Positions 59,670 through 64,000 of a stretch of DNA of 64,000 nt are shown here, in pieces. The notes under the pieces are model-generated. The model worked only from the letters and a program-made list of their open reading frames with translations, was not told where the DNA came from and did no database searches. Location: the NCBI RefSeq assembly GCF_024298765.1, contig NZ_CP101211.1. One strand, 5' to 3'. Every line of letters begins with the position of its first letter. Positions within the stretch are counted from its first letter, which is position 1. Source of the stretch: Escherichia coli. GTDB lineage: Bacteria; Pseudomonadota; Gammaproteobacteria; Enterobacterales; Enterobacteriaceae. The translations under genes were made by a program, and so were the position numbers.

Positions 59670-59986
59670 AGGGCTGCATCAGCCAGGCCCGGATATAAAT
59701 ACATGCTCTGCCAGGTGAGTACCACTGCCCGGTAGCCGAATGATAAGTTTTGATTTCACGGTTGCAATTTCTCCCTCTGGCATCACTGCTCCACGATGCA
59801 CCCCGATCAGCTTAGCGTCTGAAAATGAAGATGCACCGGACCTGCATGAAGCGGAACGGTGCCCAGCTGAGTGTTTGTGGGCACAATGAACCGCAATTTC
59901 ATGATGGGAATGAAAGATGGCTGGTGGCCCGCTGATATGAACGCTTACCCTGCATAACGTTACTAACCACAATCTTTTCACTAAAA

Positions 59987-60021
59987 GAAAAAAGGGTTCC
60001 TCCGCTTTAGAGGAACCCTTT
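59987..60021. terminator. Bidirectional terminator hairpin
   Basis: A-run, GGGTTCCTC / GAGGAACCC stem, then T-run. Confidence 0.55.
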
Positions 60022-60060
60022 CAAAAGGTGCCGATGGCATACTAATCCACACCCTGAAAA

Positions 60061-60079
60061 GAGGGGGGTTGCCCCCCTC
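60061..60079 (-). terminator. Hairpin directly after the hok stop codon
   Basis: GAGGGGGG-tt-gCCCCCCTC with T-rich flank on the minus strand. Confidence 0.55.
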
Positions 60080-60087
60080 TTTGTCAG

Positions 60088-60246
60088 CTACTTACCGGAT
60101 TCGTAGGCCAGGATAGCAAATACCTCCCTTGTTCCGTCTTTCATCCGCAACTCGCAAAGCGAGTTTCGTGTGAGCCAGGTGAATATCAACAGCGTTAAAC
60201 AAACTATTAATATGCACAAAACAATGGGTTGGTTCGGCATTTTCAT
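60088..60246 (-). CDS. hok: Hok-family type I toxin (52 aa)
   Basis: [52 protein letters not shown] is close to plasmid Hok/FlmA. Confidence 0.85.
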   Translation of the reverse strand: MKMPNQPIVLCILIVCLTLLIFTWLTRNSLCELRMKDGTREVFAILAYESGK

Positions 60247-60344
60247 GGCCTTCTTCTCCTTGCATTTAAGCAGGCAAGAGGCTACGCTGTGTGTGACTAG
60301 CATACAGGGGCCTCGGGTTGTACTGACCCCAGAAAGTTGGACAG

Positions 60345-61196
60345 TTAAACACGAGGCATATAGGTCTGATTCCGATATTCAATTGGAGTCAGACCTTTTA
60401 ATTTCAGGCTAATTCTTCTGCTGTTGTAGTATTCAATATATTCCGTAACAGCATCCTTCAGCTCGCTTATATTACTGAACTCATCAAGATAAAAACACTC
60501 CGACTTTAAGGTTCCAAAGAAACACTCCACCACAGCATTATCCAGACAATTGCCTTTTCTGGACATGCTTTGTTTAATACCATGTTCTTTAAGGATATTT
60601 TGATATCTTCTCATACGATACTGCCATCCCTGGTCAGAGTGCAGAACAGGATGCTCGTGAGGATTAAGCTTTTTGAATGCCTGATCGAGCATATTCTCGA
60701 CCATGTTCATCACTGGTCTTTCCGAAAGGCTGTAAGAAATAACTTCGTTGTTGAAGAGATCTATTACTGGAGACAAATACAGCTTGCGCCCATTGACTGC
60801 AAATTCAGTAACATCGGTAACCCACTTCTCGTTTGGCCGCGTAGCCTTGAAATCTCTTTGGAGAACATTGGGGGCGGTTTGCCCTACCTCTCCTCTGTAA
60901 GAGCGGTATCGCTTGACCTTAATCGCTGCCTTCAGTGAGAGGATTCCCATCAGGCGCTGAACAGCTTTATGGTTAATCTGTTTCCCTTCTCGATGAAGAG
61001 ACAGCGTTACCCTACGGTATCCGTATCGGCCTCTATTCTCATGATAAATCTCACCAATACGCTTTTTAACGTCCGCATACTTGTCAGGCTTGCTGAGAGC
61101 CTTTAGATGGTAATAAAACGTACTGCGCGGTATCTCCGCAGCCCTGAGAAGCTCATCAAGAGGATAAAACTGCCTTAGCTCGTTGAGTACTTTCAC
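60345..61196 (-). CDS. insK: IS150 OrfB (InsK, integrase core)
   Basis: [33 protein letters not shown]..., DDE integrase core; overlaps orfA by 4 nt in the -1 frame. Confidence 0.9.
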   Translation of the reverse strand: MKVLNELRQFYPLDELLRAAEIPRSTFYYHLKALSKPDKYADVKKRIGEIYHENRGRYGYRRVTLSLHREGKQINHKAVQRLMGILSLKAAIKVKRYRSYRGEVGQTAPNVLQRDFKATRPNEKWVTDVTEFAVNGRKLYLSPVIDLFNNEVISYSLSERPVMNMVENMLDQAFKKLNPHEHPVLHSDQGWQYRMRRYQNILKEHGIKQSMSRKGNCLDNAVVECFFGTLKSECFYLDEFSNISELKDAVTEYIEYYNSRRISLKLKGLTPIEYRNQTYMPRV

Positions 61197-61714
61197 TTTT
61201 TCGTGGGATGAGCTAAGGCTTTCAGCTTTTTTAGATACACAAGCCGCGTTTCAAGAAATCGAACTTGCCTTTCAAGATCCTCAATGCGTCGGTCTTTTGA
61301 CAGCTCCAATGCTGATGCCGCTTTTTCTGGATCAACTGATATTGCAATGTTTCTTTTGGTGCCAATCTTGAGCGCGCGTAAACCAGCTTCTCCGCGCTCT
61401 TCATAAACCTTCAGCCACCTGGCTACAGAACCACTACCAGCAAGCATAAAGTGAGCAGCAGCCTGATTAAGGGACATGTGCTGCTCGATCACCGCTTTCA
61501 CGACCTTAATACGCAACTCAGGATCAGCACTAACACCTTTAGGTTTGGGAATTAAACCTTTTTCTCCATGTTTTTCATAGAGGGCAACCCATGTCCTGAC
61601 CTGGGTTCGGGGGACACCAAAACGTGCCGAGATGATCCTGTAACCATCATCAGTAGTGAAGTAGTGATTCACGACTTCAAGGCGCTTTTCAAAAGGGTAT
61701 TTTGGCTTTGACAT
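61193..61714 (-). CDS. insJ: IS150 OrfA (InsJ)
   Basis: MSKPKYPFEKRLEVVNHYFTTDDGYRIISARFGVPRTQVRTW... Confidence 0.9.
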   Translation of the reverse strand: MSKPKYPFEKRLEVVNHYFTTDDGYRIISARFGVPRTQVRTWVALYEKHGEKGLIPKPKGVSADPELRIKVVKAVIEQHMSLNQAAAHFMLAGSGSVARWLKVYEERGEAGLRALKIGTKRNIAISVDPEKAASALELSKDRRIEDLERQVRFLETRLVYLKKLKALAHPTKK

Positions 61715-62046
61715 ATCAGGGGCTATTCCATTTCATCGTCCAACAAAATGGGTGCAGTACAGGTTAATTGAAAAATTACTCGGGGCTTTCTGCTTTTACC
61801 ACAGTCAAACAGTGTTACCGCTGGCTGGGGCAAAAGCCTCCAGCACCAGCGTCATTATATCACTCTGCCCTGATCAGCCAAACACCCTGCCTGCATAAAT
61901 CATTGATTTATAATTTATTTGACATGAGTCACTTCCGGTTGTCGGAGACAGTCTTTTTACACTAAAGAAAAGGGTAACGGGCAGCTGCTTGGTCGGAACA
62001 TACAGTGCAGTTCCTGCCCGTTTAATTTCCGGATGCAATGGTAGGA

Positions 62047-62652
62047 TCAGGAGGCACTGGTTCCGTTGATTAGGGAAAGCTTATGTGCCTGAATACGGCT
62101 GTATTCGAGATGGGATGGAATATTACAGATGCGCTCCAGTCGATCATGCAGCCTCGTGTAGGTCAGTCGATGAATACCGGACATTTCATCAAGTAGCCAG
62201 CGCTTGATGTAAGGGTTACAGGAAAGCCGGGCAAGATCGTCGTCATCCACTTCGTCAAAGAACCAGTACTGCTCCATCGGGACTACCTGAAATATCCACG
62301 GCCGGGGATAGTCCCCTGTGACAACCAAAAACCATGCGAGAAAGCATAGACACAGCTCAACGATCATCAGCATCGAAAATTGCGAATAACTTAGACCAGG
62401 CACATAGGGTGAACTATCCGCAACATACCCCCTGAACAATTCCGCCACAAGGTAGCCCAATAGCGACAAGGCCAGCATCAGGGTCAGGATTAATCCCCCA
62501 TTAAACGCTACCGAAGCCTTTTGAACCCGATCAGGTGCTGTCCGGCTGCGATAGTTGGTCACTACTCTTTCTACAAGTGCCCTTATGGCAGCCTGTTCTT
62601 TACTGACATCAGCTCCGGAAAAACCGGACGGGCTTTTATTTAATTCAGTCAT
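62047..62652 (-). CDS. Hypothetical membrane protein
   Basis: Two hydrophobic helices; 201 aa. Confidence 0.45.
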   Translation of the reverse strand: MTELNKSPSGFSGADVSKEQAAIRALVERVVTNYRSRTAPDRVQKASVAFNGGLILTLMLALSLLGYLVAELFRGYVADSSPYVPGLSYSQFSMLMIVELCLCFLAWFLVVTGDYPRPWIFQVVPMEQYWFFDEVDDDDLARLSCNPYIKRWLLDEMSGIHRLTYTRLHDRLERICNIPSHLEYSRIQAHKLSLINGTSAS

Positions 62653-62867
62653 ACCCCACTCCTGTTATGTGCTCTACTGAACAAACACGTAGATCATACA
62701 GAGCTCACGGACGCACTCCTGCCAGATAAAGGAGGGAATTTGGCTGTAAGACGGTTAGCCAACAGTTCAGGTTATGCGTGGGATCCGGCCAGTCAGAAAG
62801 GATTCCGTTATTAACAGGCAAGGTTAAAGGCAGATGGACGTTGAAATTGTGGATGCTAAAAGGGGTA

Positions 62868-63149
62868 TTACTCTTTTTCCTGCATAGCGGCTTTTTCAGC
62901 CCGGGTGGCCAGGCGAGCATTTCCGAAAGGTTCACGGACAAGCAGGGGCTTCTCCTTCTTCCAGCCCCTGATAGCCGTTTCTCCAAAACGACGTGGTGCA
63001 TTGCCGTTCCAGCGAGCAATCACATGATTATCATGAATTTCTATAATGACAACGGGGTGGACAATGACCGTTGTAATGGTGGTATTTCCCATTTTGGTAC
63101 GGGTTACAGACCAAACCTGCATCCCGGATTCCAGCTGGCTGATTTTCAT
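62868..63149 (-). CDS. Hypothetical protein
   Basis: 93 aa. Confidence 0.35.
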   Translation of the reverse strand: MKISQLESGMQVWSVTRTKMGNTTITTVIVHPVVIIEIHDNHVIARWNGNAPRRFGETAIRGWKKEKPLLVREPFGNARLATRAEKAAMQEKE

Positions 63150-63523
63150 ATTATATCCTTAAGCCAACACGAACTGCGCCACAAAAATTAATGTGGCGCA
63201 ATTTACCATAAACAATAAACATCAGATACCCGTGAAGAGATTTCCCTTTATTTTAAAATTCTTCTGGAGAAAAAATGATATTTCCAGAAGAAGTCAGCGA
63301 AATTCAGAAACGGCCATCACAATGGTGCTGCGCTGACGCTGGCGTTCTGCCTTGCGCTGCCTGCGGCGATAGATCTATTTTGCGCTGACGTAAGGGCAGT
63401 CCTCACGGGTATACCAGCAGCAGCCGCAAGGTTCGGGCCGGGGTTTTCCGGCAAGTCCAAATGGTTTCATCAAGTCACCTTTTTAATATTTTTAATGGCA
63501 AGATACTTCCCTAACACATTGTT

Positions 63524-63835
63524 TTATCGCATATAACGCTGTTGCATAAACAGATACAGATAACCCTCAGGAGAAAACATGCAAAGGTTATCAGTGATAA
63601 CCGCATCCAGATACCGAGTGTCAGTCTGTAAACGTTTTATCACCAGAAAATGTGCTGCCGCAGCCTTAATGCCAGAACTACCGTTTACAACATTATGTAT
63701 ACCCGCTTCGAATAACGAACGAGCATGAATTACCTTTTCCCGGGCCGCTTCGATCTCCGCATTAATAACGCATTGCCGCGCCTGGATGACTGCCTCTCCG
63801 GTTAAATCGCGGAAATTCATTAGAGATGTGATCAT
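63524..63835 (-). CDS. Hypothetical protein
   Basis: GGAGAG ribosome-binding site 6 nt before the ATG; 103 aa. Confidence 0.45.
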   Translation of the reverse strand: MITSLMNFRDLTGEAVIQARQCVINAEIEAAREKVIHARSLFEAGIHNVVNGSSGIKAAAAHFLVIKRLQTDTRYLDAVITDNLCMFSPEGYLYLFMQQRYMR

Positions 63836-64000
63836 GATTAACTCTCCAGATTATGTGGAATCATTATAACAACTGGCATCCCGCCACAAATAACCTGAGA
63901 AAAATTCTTTGAAATATTCCTATATATAAGGAATTACAGTCGGAAAAGAAACGATGAAATAGCGCCGACCGCTTAAAATCGATAAATTAAAATGGACGGC

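Larger units (their letters stand above)
60319..61761 (-). mobile_element. IS150 (IS3 family, 1443 bp) with a 3-bp GGT target duplication
   Basis: Ends TGTACTGACCCC... and ...GGGTGCAGTACA; flanking GGT at 60316-60318 and 61762-61764. Confidence 0.9.

Noticed and set aside
60088-60303. 71-aa version of the hok ORF with an in-frame N-terminal extension
   Set aside because: The Hok family is about 50 aa; the extension runs into the region where mok and sok would lie and ends at the IS150 border.

Overview
This window looks like part of a large conjugative multidrug-resistance plasmid from Enterobacteriaceae. All calls rest on reading the supplied ORF translations and the raw sequence by eye; no database search was run. 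Positions 1-21373 are an IS26-rich resistance mosaic: five IS26 copies, a complete IS6100-mphR(A)-mrx-mph(A) macrolide module plus an inverted partial second copy at the window start, a complete 2851-bp ISKra4-family element (ISKpn19-like), a qnrS1 gene split in two by an IS26-bounded integron remnant with a perfect 8-bp target duplication, an IS2-like element cut by a Tn2/Tn3 end, a Tn2/Tn3 tnpA cut by IS6100, and a class 1 integron remnant carrying dfrA-arr-truncated cmlA. Positions 21374-64000 are plasmid backbone with an IncHI-like gene content (inference): a LexA-box-controlled umuDC-like operon, DsbA- and DsbC-like proteins, F/H-type pilus genes traF-traH-traG (trhFHG), a MOBH-type relaxase with HD domain and its coupling protein, a hok-family toxin locus invaded by IS150, and many unassigned small genes. 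The best candidates for an undescribed system are a 13-bp palindrome AAAAGT(A/T)ACTTTT scattered at least ten times through the backbone, an array of 12-bp palindromic repeats upstream of the relaxase operon, an S49 peptidase plus NERD nuclease pair at the end of the relaxase operon, an orphan HNH nuclease gene, and a ParB-like operon of six small unknown proteins. I could not assign any of these to a named defence or anti-defence family from sequence alone.
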